DNA of 64,000 bases from an uncultured delta proteobacterium. GTDB lineage: Bacteria > Myxococcota_A > Polyangia > Polyangiales > JAFGIB01. The stretch lies in the NCBI GenBank assembly GCA_963778655.1, contig CAVZVA010000002.1, forward strand, positions 352,001 through 416,000. Direction: 5' to 3'. Position numbers and translations under genes: made by a program. The notes under the pieces were generated by a model, which was given only the letters and a program-made list of their open reading frames with translations, ran no database searches and was not told the origin of the DNA. Positions 41,802-50,420 of this stretch are shown one piece after another. Each line of letters opens with the position of its first letter. Position 1 is the first letter of the stretch.

Positions 41802-42305
41802 GTGGTTCGAGGGTGTGCAGCGCTGGCTCTTGTCTGCATGGCCTGCGGCTCGATGCCTGCGGGGCGCCATCCAGACGCTGGCGGTGGCCTCGCCGGAGAC
41901 GCTGGGCCGCCGCGAATGGACGCCGGAGACGCGAGCGCCAGAGACGCTGGCGCCAGAGACGCTGGCGACCCGCCGCACGAGGGCGGCGTCTGCACCTACG
42001 ATCCCAGCGTCGCTCCGCGGGCCGACTGCCCCAACGACGTACCGAGCGCGTGCGCCGACCCGGCCCCGAGCTACAGCGCCACGGTCGCCACGATCTTCCG
42101 GGATCGATGCAGCGCCTGTCATCGTGTCGGCGGCCTGGCTGCCGACAAGCCGTTCGACAGCTACGCCCACGAGCATAAGCGCAGCGGGGCGATCCTCACC
42201 GCAGTTGCTGGCTGCGTGATGCCCCCACCCTGCGCCCCGCAGCCGACCAGCCAGGAGCGCGGCGATCTCCTGATGTGGCTCGTCTGCGACGCGCCCGACA
42301 ACTGA
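41802..42305 (+). CDS. Monoheme c-type cytochrome lipoprotein
   Basis: IFRDRCSACH with distal MPP; lipobox CMAC; extra Cys residues. Confidence 0.8.
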   Translation: MVRGCAALALVCMACGSMPAGRHPDAGGGLAGDAGPPRMDAGDASARDAGARDAGDPPHEGGVCTYDPSVAPRADCPNDVPSACADPAPSYSATVATIFRDRCSACHRVGGLAADKPFDSYAHEHKRSGAILTAVAGCVMPPPCAPQPTSQERGDLLMWLVCDAPDN

Positions 42306-42372
42306 CGGGGCGCCCAACGTTGAATCGAGTCCCCGACGGCGGATCGTCCCGAGAGCATGAGCCGGTCGCGGC

Positions 42373-42714
42373 TCAGTGCAGACAGCGGTGGCTGATCTGC
42401 TCTACATTCTTGGCGCGGGCGACGCAGGCGAGCGCGTTGGGGCGCAGCGGGCGACCGACGCAGCGGCCGAGCTCGGTGGCGAGCTGGGCGCGCAGCTCCT
42501 GCTTCTTGCGCGCGGCGAGTGCTTTGTCGCTGAAGCCGCGCTCCTGCAGCTCGCGATCTACGATTGCGCCGAAAATCCCGTCGCAGTCGCTGCGCGAGGC
42601 CGGGCGGCGCCCGCAGCCGGCGAGCGCCGCCGCGCCGAGCGCAAGCCCGAGTGATAGCGCGAGCGCGCAAAGGCCGCCGCGGCGCGAGCGCAGCGATGGG
42701 CGAAGCGCTCTCAT
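42373..42714 (-). CDS. Small Cys-rich lipoprotein
   Basis: Lipobox LAGC; four further spaced Cys; ATGA overlap with tonB. Confidence 0.75.
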   Translation of the reverse strand: MRALRPSLRSRRGGLCALALSLGLALGAAALAGCGRRPASRSDCDGIFGAIVDRELQERGFSDKALAARKKQELRAQLATELGRCVGRPLRPNALACVARAKNVEQISHRCLH

Positions 42715-43559
42715 CGGGTGAACCTCACCACGATCGGCGGCGATTGCGCGCGGATCGCGCGGCCCGCGCGATCCTTGGCCGGGGTGAAGCGCGTGCGCAG
42801 CGCGCAGGCCAGCGCGGCCTGACCAAAGCCGTGGCCGAGGTCGTGGACCAGCTTGGCCGACTCGACGCTGCCGTCCGGGCGCACCCATACACGCATGACC
42901 ACCACTTGCTCGTCGATCGGCTCGCCCTCGGCTTCGCGCGGCCAGGGGCACGACCAGTCCTGCTCCGGTAGCGACACAGGGCCCGAGCGATCAGGACCGG
43001 CCGAGCGCGCGCGCGGCTTGGCGGCAGGCGCGGGCGCGGCCGCGACGGCCCTGACCGCCGTCCGGCTGGTGCCGCTCGCGGTGGTGACGCCACCCGCGTA
43101 CGCGTCGGCCATGCCGCTGACAAAGGTCTCCCCGGTGAGATCCACGGGCTCGTTCGGGTCGGGCGCCTGCGCCAGGATGCGGCCGGCCCGCGCCGGCGGT
43201 TGAGGCTTCTCCGCAGGTGCCTCGCGCCGCGCCACCGGCACGCGCGGCGCGGCCTTGGGCGGAGGCGTGGGCGCTTCCGGCTCGGGAGGTGGCGTGGGCG
43301 GCGGCGGAGGTGGCTGCGCGACGTCCAGCTCCTCCTCGGAGAGCGCCTCGTGCACGCGCAGCGCCAGATCCGCCGACCACGATTCCAGCGACTGCCCAGC
43401 ATCCTTGGCCCACATGATCAGCGAGCCGTGCACGCCGAGCGCCGCGACCAGGGCCAGCAGCAGGCCGCGCGCGCCCCAGCTCGTGCCCCGCGACGCGGCG
43501 AACACCACGTCCACGATGCGGGGACGGCGGCCCGCAGGCTGGGCGGCTCCGTGGCTCAC
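42711..43559 (-). CDS. tonB: Energy transducer TonB
   Basis: TM with ALGVH, Pro-rich spacer, TonB_C domain (DGSV...GFGQAA...RFTPA). Confidence 0.9.
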   Translation of the reverse strand: MSHGAAQPAGRRPRIVDVVFAASRGTSWGARGLLLALVAALGVHGSLIMWAKDAGQSLESWSADLALRVHEALSEEELDVAQPPPPPPTPPPEPEAPTPPPKAAPRVPVARREAPAEKPQPPARAGRILAQAPDPNEPVDLTGETFVSGMADAYAGGVTTASGTSRTAVRAVAAAPAPAAKPRARSAGPDRSGPVSLPEQDWSCPWPREAEGEPIDEQVVVMRVWVRPDGSVESAKLVHDLGHGFGQAALACALRTRFTPAKDRAGRAIRAQSPPIVVRFTR

Positions 43560-43981
43560 TTCGCCGCCCCCTCCTTGGGCAAGGCGCCGAACGCGATCTT
43601 GGCGATGCCCGCGCTCTTGAGCAGGTCGAGCACCGCCATCACGCGCCGGTGGGAGACCGCGCCGTCGGCGTTGATCACCGCGCGCACCTCGGGGTCGCGG
43701 CCCTTGGCCTGCTGCGCGAGCTTCAGCATGGCGTCGTCGCTGGGCGTGGCCACGCCGTCGACCAACGCCGGGCCCTGCGCGGGCAGGATGATCGAGAAGA
43801 CGACCTGCAGCTGCTCGCTGTGCGAAGCCTTGGGCAGGTCCAGTGGGACGGCGGGCGTGACGATGATCTTGGCGGTGACGATGAAGATGATCAGCAGCAC
43901 CAGCGTGATGTCGACCAGCGGGGTGACGTTGATGCCCGTGATCATCCCGCCGCCGTTTTGTGAGGACGCGCCGCCGGCCAT
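43556..43981 (-). CDS. exbD: Biopolymer transporter ExbD
   Basis: INVTPLVDITLVLLIIF, LDLPKA, INADGAV. Confidence 0.95.
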   Translation of the reverse strand: MAGGASSQNGGGMITGINVTPLVDITLVLLIIFIVTAKIIVTPAVPLDLPKASHSEQLQVVFSIILPAQGPALVDGVATPSDDAMLKLAQQAKGRDPEVRAVINADGAVSHRRVMAVLDLLKSAGIAKIAFGALPKEGAAK

Positions 43982-43982
43982 C

Positions 43983-44642
43983 TCACTGCCCCTGCGCGAG
44001 GTAGGCCAGCACCAGGTTCGAGAGCACCTCGCTGCCCGAGAGCAGGGCGGCGATGCGACGCTGGAAGTAGTTGAAGGCGGCCACCGCCGGCAGCGCCACC
44101 AGGATGCCGACCGCGGTCGCCACCAGCGCGCCCGCGATGTTCGCCATCACCACCTGGGAGGCGACCTGGGTCGCGGCCGCCCCGCCGCCGTGGCCGGGTG
44201 CAGAGTGTCCGAGCTCCTCGAACGCGCCGATCACGCCTACCACCGTGCCGAACAGCCCGATGAACGGCGCGTTGTTGCCGAGCGTGCCGAGATAGGCGAG
44301 CCAGCGCTCGAGCTGGCCCCGCTGCAGCGCGACCGCGCTCTGCATCGCCTTGTCGGCCGCGGCCGGGCCGCGCTCCGCCAGGCGCAGGCCGGCCGCCGCG
44401 ATCGCCGCCGCCACCGAGCGCGAGCGCCCGAGCTCCTCGATCGCGGTCGTGTACTGCCCGCTCGAGAGCTGACCGTCGAGCCGTTCGGCCATGGCGCGCA
44501 GGTCCCCACCCATTGCGCGGTAGTAGAACGCGCGCTCCACGATGATCGCCACGCTGAGCACCGAGAGCCCGGCCAGGAACCACAGCACCCAGGCCGCGCC
44601 CGACTGCAGCAAGATCTGCTTGATCGCATCGACTGTGTTCAT
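43983..44642 (-). CDS. exbB: MotA/TolQ/ExbB proton channel protein
   Basis: APFIGLFGTVVGVI and ALVATAVGILVALPA. Confidence 0.95.
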   Translation of the reverse strand: MNTVDAIKQILLQSGAAWVLWFLAGLSVLSVAIIVERAFYYRAMGGDLRAMAERLDGQLSSGQYTTAIEELGRSRSVAAAIAAAGLRLAERGPAAADKAMQSAVALQRGQLERWLAYLGTLGNNAPFIGLFGTVVGVIGAFEELGHSAPGHGGGAAATQVASQVVMANIAGALVATAVGILVALPAVAAFNYFQRRIAALLSGSEVLSNLVLAYLAQGQ

Positions 44643-44658
44643 CGCTGCTCCTCGGCCG

Positions 44659-45804
44659 TCACTGCGGCGACGGATACTTCCGCTGCACGAAGCACAGGCC
44701 GTCCGAGTTGAGGTGGCCTTGGGTGCTCTGGTTGTAGGTCATGTAGTCGAGGTCATCGCGCAGCACCTCGCCGGGGTCGCCGCTCGGGTCGTAGGGAATG
44801 CCCTGGGTGTCGAAGTCCATCGCCTTCGAGCTGTCTGGCGGCGTGTAATTGGCCGTGTCGCACGAGCGCCAGGGCAAGCTGTTGCCATCCTTGTCCGTGA
44901 ACGCGGTGAAATTGACGCCTTGGACGTCGGCGAGCGTCACCGTGGCAACGCCGTCCACGTCCTTGGCCTGCGCGGCGAGCGGGTCGAAGTGCGCGGGCGA
45001 GTCGTGCAGCACACTTTCCCAGAACGGGTGGTCGGTGTGGATCGTGACCTGGGCGATGGTGGTGGTATTGGCCTTGATCTGGACGCCGCGCTGGCTCTCT
45101 TCGTCGCCAAGCGCCTTGCCCTGGTTGTCGGGGTTCTGGCAGTTCACGTAGTGGGTCGGCGATTTGAAGCCGAGCCGGAACTTCACCGTGCCCGGCAGCT
45201 TGCTGAAGTCGTAGCTCGGATCGGTCGAGGTGCAGTCGCTGCCCTTGAACGTCGCGGTGCCCACGTAGAGCACGGTCCAGCCGTTCTGCACCATGTCCGC
45301 ATAGTCCTGGTTGTCGGCATCGTCGAAATTCAGCTTCTTGGCGGAGTCGGTCGCCGCGACCACGTCGAACCCGAAGGCGTAGCGCACGGTCTGGTCGAAC
45401 GGCGCCCCGCCGTTGAGGTTCTGGTTGTCGAGCGTGGCGAGCTTGATCGCCTGCTCGTCGCTGCCGCCTTTGCCCTGCAGCGGGCCACCCTTGTGCAGGT
45501 CGACCGCCCACGGTCCCTTGACCTGCGCTACGGCCTTGCCGGTCTGGGATTGGTCGGTCGGTGACTTGTCGGGACTCTCGGACAGCGTGACGTTGCCCAC
45601 GGTCACCAGCAGCTCGTCGAACTTCACCTCCCAGCCGTCGACGAACTCCGGATCGCTCGGAAAGTCGTAGCCGCCGAGCGCCAGCACCTCGCCGGATGCC
45701 GTGAGCTCGACGGTCCCGCCCCCGCCGCTGCCGCCGTTGCTCGCGCAGCCCGCCAACACGAGCGCGGCCAGCGCGAGCGACGTCACGATGATGTTCTTGT
45801 GCAT
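44659..45804 (-). CDS. Conserved lipoprotein of the TonB-dependent receptor operon
   Basis: GGAG RBS, lipobox LAGC, strong codon bias; TIHTDHPFW and GHLNSDGLC. Confidence 0.85.
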   Translation of the reverse strand: MHKNIIVTSLALAALVLAGCASNGGSGGGGTVELTASGEVLALGGYDFPSDPEFVDGWEVKFDELLVTVGNVTLSESPDKSPTDQSQTGKAVAQVKGPWAVDLHKGGPLQGKGGSDEQAIKLATLDNQNLNGGAPFDQTVRYAFGFDVVAATDSAKKLNFDDADNQDYADMVQNGWTVLYVGTATFKGSDCTSTDPSYDFSKLPGTVKFRLGFKSPTHYVNCQNPDNQGKALGDEESQRGVQIKANTTTIAQVTIHTDHPFWESVLHDSPAHFDPLAAQAKDVDGVATVTLADVQGVNFTAFTDKDGNSLPWRSCDTANYTPPDSSKAMDFDTQGIPYDPSGDPGEVLRDDLDYMTYNQSTQGHLNSDGLCFVQRKYPSPQ

Positions 45805-45824
45805 GGCCTTCTCTCCCTTTGCTT

Positions 45825-46613
45825 TCATTTCCAGACGAACCGATAGGCACCCGTGCGGGCGTGGAGACCGTTGTAGAGGCTGATCTCGGCCGGGCCCGAG
45901 GACGCGTCGTCGAAGCGGTACAGCGGCGGGTCCGCTTGCGCCTGCTGGAGCATCGAGAAGTCCACACCCGCGAACCACACCGTCGGATCGACGCGGATCA
46001 GCAGCTGCCCGCCGTCGTGCAGCGTGAAGTCGACCGGAATCGGGGTGACGATGCGCTGCCTGCAGATCGGGTTCTGGCCGGGAAACGCTGGATCGTTCGA
46101 GGGGATCACCCGGTTGCTGCCGATCGTGACCGAGGCCTCGAACGGATACTGCATCCCGTCCTTGTCCGCGGTGCCCGCGGCATCGAGGATCACCGTGGTG
46201 TCCTGCACGCGGTTGATGTCGCCGCCGGTCAGCCACAGCTCGCCGGCCTTGGCGGCGTAGGTGGTGCCGTCGCCTTTGACCGGAAACGGCTGCGCCTTGC
46301 TCGAGAGCGCGTCGACGTCGAGCGAGCCGAGCACCTCGCCCACGTAGATGCCGGGCAGGATGCAGCCGGTGGCCTGGCTGCCCGACGAGGGCACGCTCTG
46401 GTTCAGGTACACCGCGCCGATGTGCAGCCGCGCGCGCGTGAGCGTCACGTGGTAGCCGACGCCGTTGTCGAATTCCAGCGTTCCGTCGGTTGCGGCCTGC
46501 GCGCCGGCGGCGGCCGCGTGAAATTCCACGTGCTCGTAGCCTGTGGTCCCAGTGCAGCCCGCAAGCAGCCACAGCGCGACGCACGCGGCGGCCCAGCTCG
46601 CACGCGCGCTCAT
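45825..46613 (-). CDS. Lipoprotein of the TonB-dependent receptor operon
   Basis: Lipobox LAGC; FDNGVGYHVTLTRARLHIGAVYL; ATGA overlap with the receptor gene. Confidence 0.85.
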   Translation of the reverse strand: MSARASWAAACVALWLLAGCTGTTGYEHVEFHAAAAGAQAATDGTLEFDNGVGYHVTLTRARLHIGAVYLNQSVPSSGSQATGCILPGIYVGEVLGSLDVDALSSKAQPFPVKGDGTTYAAKAGELWLTGGDINRVQDTTVILDAAGTADKDGMQYPFEASVTIGSNRVIPSNDPAFPGQNPICRQRIVTPIPVDFTLHDGGQLLIRVDPTVWFAGVDFSMLQQAQADPPLYRFDDASSGPAEISLYNGLHARTGAYRFVWK

Positions 46614-49495
46614 GACTCACCTCCCAGGTGCACCGCCAGGGTGACGAAGATCTCGCGCGGCGCCCCGGCGGCGAAGTGGCGCACCGGCACCAGCGTCGGA
46701 AACGGCTCGCTGTGGAAGTCGGAGGCGTAGTTGTACTCGCCGAGCCGGTAGCGGCGGTCGAGCAGGTTGGTGACGGCGAGCCCGAGCTCGAACAGCGACC
46801 AGCCGAGCGTGGCGTTCAGATCCACGGTGAACAGCGCGTTGCCGCGCTCTCCGAGCGGCAGCGGCCGCGGCGCCACATAGGTCACGCCGCTCGACAGCCG
46901 CCCCCGGAAGGGTTTGCCCAACGGCTGCCACGTGCGTTGCAGCAGGTGGTCGTCGAACAGCGAGCCGTCGAAGCGGAACACCAGGTCCGGGATGTACGGG
47001 ATCAGCAGCCCGGTATCGTCGAACACGGCGTGCACGTAGGTGACATTGGTCGCGACGTCGAAAAAGCGGCCGGTCACGCGCACGGCGTTGGCGTTGCCGG
47101 TGCGCGTGCTCGGGCCGCCCAGGATGTTGCGCCCAGCGCTCTCGGAGAAGATCAGGTCGCGGTCGACGCGGGTCTGAAACAGCGTGGAGCGCGCGCCCAG
47201 CTCGACGCTGCCGATGCGCTTGTCGTAGCTGAGGCCGCCCTCGATCGAGCGCGCGCTGGCGAACGGCGTCTTGGCGTCCTGGTTGATGTAGATCGGGTCG
47301 ATCGAGCGGTAGCCGAAACCGTAGCTCGCGGACGCCCCCACGCCGAAGAACGGGCCGACCAGCACTGAGGCGCGCGGCGCGGCGGCCGCGCCGGTGGTGG
47401 TGATCGCCTGCACCGGCTCGCGGTAGGCGCCGAAATCCTGCTGGGTCAGGCACGACTGATCGCCGGGCGGGGTGGTCCGCGAGGGGTGGGCGACCGATTG
47501 CACCGCGCACTTGTTGAGCACGTCATAGCTGAACAGATCTGCGCGCAGCCCCCCGCGCGCGGCCAGCCACGAGGTCGCGCGCAGATCGAGGTCACCGTAC
47601 ATGCCGACGTCGCCCAGCCGCGAGGACAGGTCGGTGTCGAGGTGGTAGGGGTGACCGGTGGCGGCCTCGATCCGTCGCTGCGCGCTGCTGACGAAGTCGC
47701 CCCGCGCGAAGTAGCCCACCTCGAGCTGCTGGCGCTGGTGCAGCACGCTCTGCCACAGGCCGGCCGAGCCGCGCGCGCCGACCGTGCCCTCCATGTTGTC
47801 GAGCTCGATCAGATCGCCGCGCTGGCCGTGCGGCTGCTGGCTCGGCTCCTGTGGGTCGAGCAGAAAACCGGTGAAGTTCTCGCGCAGGCGCAGCGGCCGC
47901 ACGATGCCGAACACCTGGTTCTGCAGCACCACGTGCCCGAAGTGCGACTCCAGCTGTCCGCTGAGCGAGTAGCGCGAGGCGTCCTCGCCCTGGCGCGGAT
48001 CGTAGGTATCGAAGAAGCCGACCCGTCCAGCCTCGTAGTCGTCCTCGCGCAGCACGCCCGCGGTGTGCGCGCTGGCAGAGTACGCGGTGGCGGCGAGCCG
48101 ATAGGTGTGCGGGCCGCTGTGGCCCTCGTATTGAGTCATCGCGCTGGCGCGCCGCGCGTCGCGGTTTTGGCCGAAGCCGTCGGTCTGGTACAGCTCCACG
48201 CCCGCGTAGGTGCCGTCGCTCGCGCCCTCCGGGCCCCAGAGCAGCAGCGTGCGGGAGGCGCCGTAGGAGCCGAGCATCTGCTTGGCGGTGATGCCCCGCT
48301 GGGCCAGCCCGAGCTGGTACTCGGCGCTGCCGGCGACCGCGAAGTTGCCCTGTCGCGGATCGAAGGGCCCCTCGACCACGCGCAGCGAGGACACCAGCTC
48401 GGGGATGATGAAGTGCGTGTCGGCGTAGCCGTTGCCGTGCAGGTTGCCGGCCTCGTTGATCGGCACGCCGCCGGCGCTGAACTCGATGTCCTGGCCCTCG
48501 CGTGCGTCGAAGCCGCGCAGAAAGACCTGGTCTGCGTGCGCCTGCCCACCTTCGTTGGTGAGCAGCACGCCGGGCGCGAGCTTGAGCATTTCGGCCGCGT
48601 TCTGGCGCGGCACCGAGGCCAGGTTGCCGATGTCGAGCTGGAAGTCGGAGCTGCCTCGGCTGGGCGGCCGCGCCTGCCCGCGCACCGTGACCTCGATCGG
48701 TGCTTCCGGCGGTGGCGTGGCGGCTGCTGCTTTGGACCGTTGCTGCGCGGCGGCTTGCGCGGGTGCAGCGCCTGCGCCGGAGGCCGCGCCCGGCGGTGGC
48801 GCCGCGGGCGTCGCGGCTACCGGTGCCGCCACCGCCGCCACCTCTGGCGGGGCAAAGCGAAACGGGATGCGGATCCGGCTCACCACCAGCTGGCTGCCGC
48901 GCCGCGCCGGCATGAAGCGCCACTGCTTGACCGCGTCGAGCGCGGCCTGATCGAGCGCGGCCCCCGCGCTCTGTGCGACCTCGGCGTCGCTCACGCCGCC
49001 GCCGATGTCCACTGTGACCAGCAGCACCACCGTGCCCTGCTGCCCCGCGGCCAGCGCGGCCTGCGGGTACACCGCGTCCACACGGCTCAACAGCTCGGGC
49101 GGCGTGATCGCGGGAGCCGCCGGGCCCGGTGCGCCGGCCGGGGGTGCGGGCGGTGTGGCGGGCGCACCGGGGGCTTGCACGGGCGCCGGAGCGGGCGCGG
49201 CCGCCGGCGCCGGCGGCGTCCGTGGCGGCTCAGCTGGTGCGGACTGCGGTGCGCCTTGCTGGGGTGGCGCCTGCGCGCCCGGTGGCGGGACGGGCTGCGC
49301 GTTCGCACCCGGCGCTTGCGCCGACGCGGGTGCGTCCTGTGCGTGCGCCGCGAGCGCGCACGACCACACGCACAGCGCCAGGGTGCAGCCGCGCGCACGC
49401 GCGCGCCGCGTCGGCCGGCGACAGCTGCCGCGTGTGGTCGGGCTCGAGGTCCGCCACACGCCGCGGCGGCGCGGACCCGGATCGTTGGCCTTCAC
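46610..49495 (-). CDS. TonB-dependent receptor with N-terminal TonB_C domain
   Basis: AAGGAG RBS with GTG start; YPQAA...AALDAVKQWRFMPA (TonB_C); plug FLRGFDA...NLHGNGYAD; barrel end NLLDRRY...GAPREIFVTLAVHL. Confidence 0.93.
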   Translation of the reverse strand: MKANDPGPRRRGVWRTSSPTTRGSCRRPTRRARARGCTLALCVWSCALAAHAQDAPASAQAPGANAQPVPPPGAQAPPQQGAPQSAPAEPPRTPPAPAAAPAPAPVQAPGAPATPPAPPAGAPGPAAPAITPPELLSRVDAVYPQAALAAGQQGTVVLLVTVDIGGGVSDAEVAQSAGAALDQAALDAVKQWRFMPARRGSQLVVSRIRIPFRFAPPEVAAVAAPVAATPAAPPPGAASGAGAAPAQAAAQQRSKAAAATPPPEAPIEVTVRGQARPPSRGSSDFQLDIGNLASVPRQNAAEMLKLAPGVLLTNEGGQAHADQVFLRGFDAREGQDIEFSAGGVPINEAGNLHGNGYADTHFIIPELVSSLRVVEGPFDPRQGNFAVAGSAEYQLGLAQRGITAKQMLGSYGASRTLLLWGPEGASDGTYAGVELYQTDGFGQNRDARRASAMTQYEGHSGPHTYRLAATAYSASAHTAGVLREDDYEAGRVGFFDTYDPRQGEDASRYSLSGQLESHFGHVVLQNQVFGIVRPLRLRENFTGFLLDPQEPSQQPHGQRGDLIELDNMEGTVGARGSAGLWQSVLHQRQQLEVGYFARGDFVSSAQRRIEAATGHPYHLDTDLSSRLGDVGMYGDLDLRATSWLAARGGLRADLFSYDVLNKCAVQSVAHPSRTTPPGDQSCLTQQDFGAYREPVQAITTTGAAAAPRASVLVGPFFGVGASASYGFGYRSIDPIYINQDAKTPFASARSIEGGLSYDKRIGSVELGARSTLFQTRVDRDLIFSESAGRNILGGPSTRTGNANAVRVTGRFFDVATNVTYVHAVFDDTGLLIPYIPDLVFRFDGSLFDDHLLQRTWQPLGKPFRGRLSSGVTYVAPRPLPLGERGNALFTVDLNATLGWSLFELGLAVTNLLDRRYRLGEYNYASDFHSEPFPTLVPVRHFAAGAPREIFVTLAVHLGGES

Positions 49496-49739
49496 GTAGC
49501 TCTCCTTCGCGCCGAGCCGAAAGCGGCTCGGTCGTGCGGGGAAATGGCTGCGCAGCGGCGGATGCCGGCGCAACGAATCGAGCGATGGGTCGTGCGCAGG
49601 CCGGGCTCGGCCCACACGCCGTCACGCGCATGCGGTGTCCGGCGCGGCGGTGAGGCCGGCGTCTGCACCGCGTCACACCGTCCCTCGGCACCAAGGGCAC
49701 GAGGACTGCGCGCGGCAAACCAGAGTCTCTAGGCCAGGC

Positions 49740-49909
49740 CTAGAGCACCGAACAGTTTGAAACGTGTGCGAAGTCGCGGTGATGGGGGGATGCAGGGTGC
49801 GGGCAGGAGCCCGCAGGCGTAGCGAACCCTACGTCAAGCGGCGAGTGCTCGTGCCATGCGCCCGCCAGTGCCGTGAATCGTGCGCGTTTCAATCTGATCG
49901 GTGCTCTAG
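49740..49909. mobile_element. MITE-like element, copy 2 (170 bp)
   Basis: CTAGAGCACCGA ... TCGGTGCTCTAG terminal inverted repeats; homologous to 10347..10517. Confidence 0.85.
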
Positions 49910-50316
49910 ACCGGGGGAGAGGCTTTGGGCGCCAGCACGTAGATCGCCTGCAGAAGCGGGCGCGCGAGCGCGCACGCAGGCGCGGCCGGCGCAGGCGAGG
50001 GCGGCATCTTCACGCTGGCGAGCGCTGCGGGCGTGTGCGCCGCGCGGCGATTGGCGGCCAGCGCGCAGTGGACGTGCCCGTGCTCCTCGAGCGCCACCGC
50101 GTCGGCACGAATCGCCGACGACGCGCTGCGGCGCGCAACGGCAGCGGCGCGCGCCGCGGGTCCGCCCGACGCGGCGCTCTCCACCAGCTCGCCGTGCTCC
50201 GGGCACATGGTGTGCCGCACGAGCAGCAGGTGGCCCACGCTCGCGACCTGCGTGGACAGCGCCAGCAGCGCGATCGCAAGCACGGGTCTACGGGCGGTGG
50301 AGGTCTGGCGGCGCAT
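49906..50316 (-). CDS. Small His/Cys-rich exported protein ending APKASPPV (DUF2946/CruR-like leader)
   Basis: Signal-like N-terminus, RHTMCPEHGE, EEHGHVHC, Pro-rich tail; first gene upstream of the receptor. Confidence 0.75.
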   Translation of the reverse strand: MRRQTSTARRPVLAIALLALSTQVASVGHLLLVRHTMCPEHGELVESAASGGPAARAAAVARRSASSAIRADAVALEEHGHVHCALAANRRAAHTPAALASVKMPPSPAPAAPACALARPLLQAIYVLAPKASPPV

Positions 50317-50370
50317 CGGCTCGGCCGCAAGTATACGCGCACGCCGCCGGGTTGGCCAAGAGGTCAAGCG

Positions 50371-50389
50371 GTTGTAACACGGTTGCAAC
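50371..50389. promoter_or_regulatory. Fur-family (Zur-like) inverted repeat
   Basis: GTTGTAAC-ACG-GTTGCAAC; minus-strand TTGGCC-N18-TATACT lies between it and the ATG. Confidence 0.55.
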
Positions 50390-50420
50390 ACGCGCGACGG
50401 TCCCGTCGCCGCGGCCGCGC

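Noticed and set aside
49500..49739. Cobalamin or other known riboswitch before the TonB-dependent receptor
   Set aside because: I could not find B12-box or other familiar riboswitch signatures; an Rfam search would be needed to exclude one.
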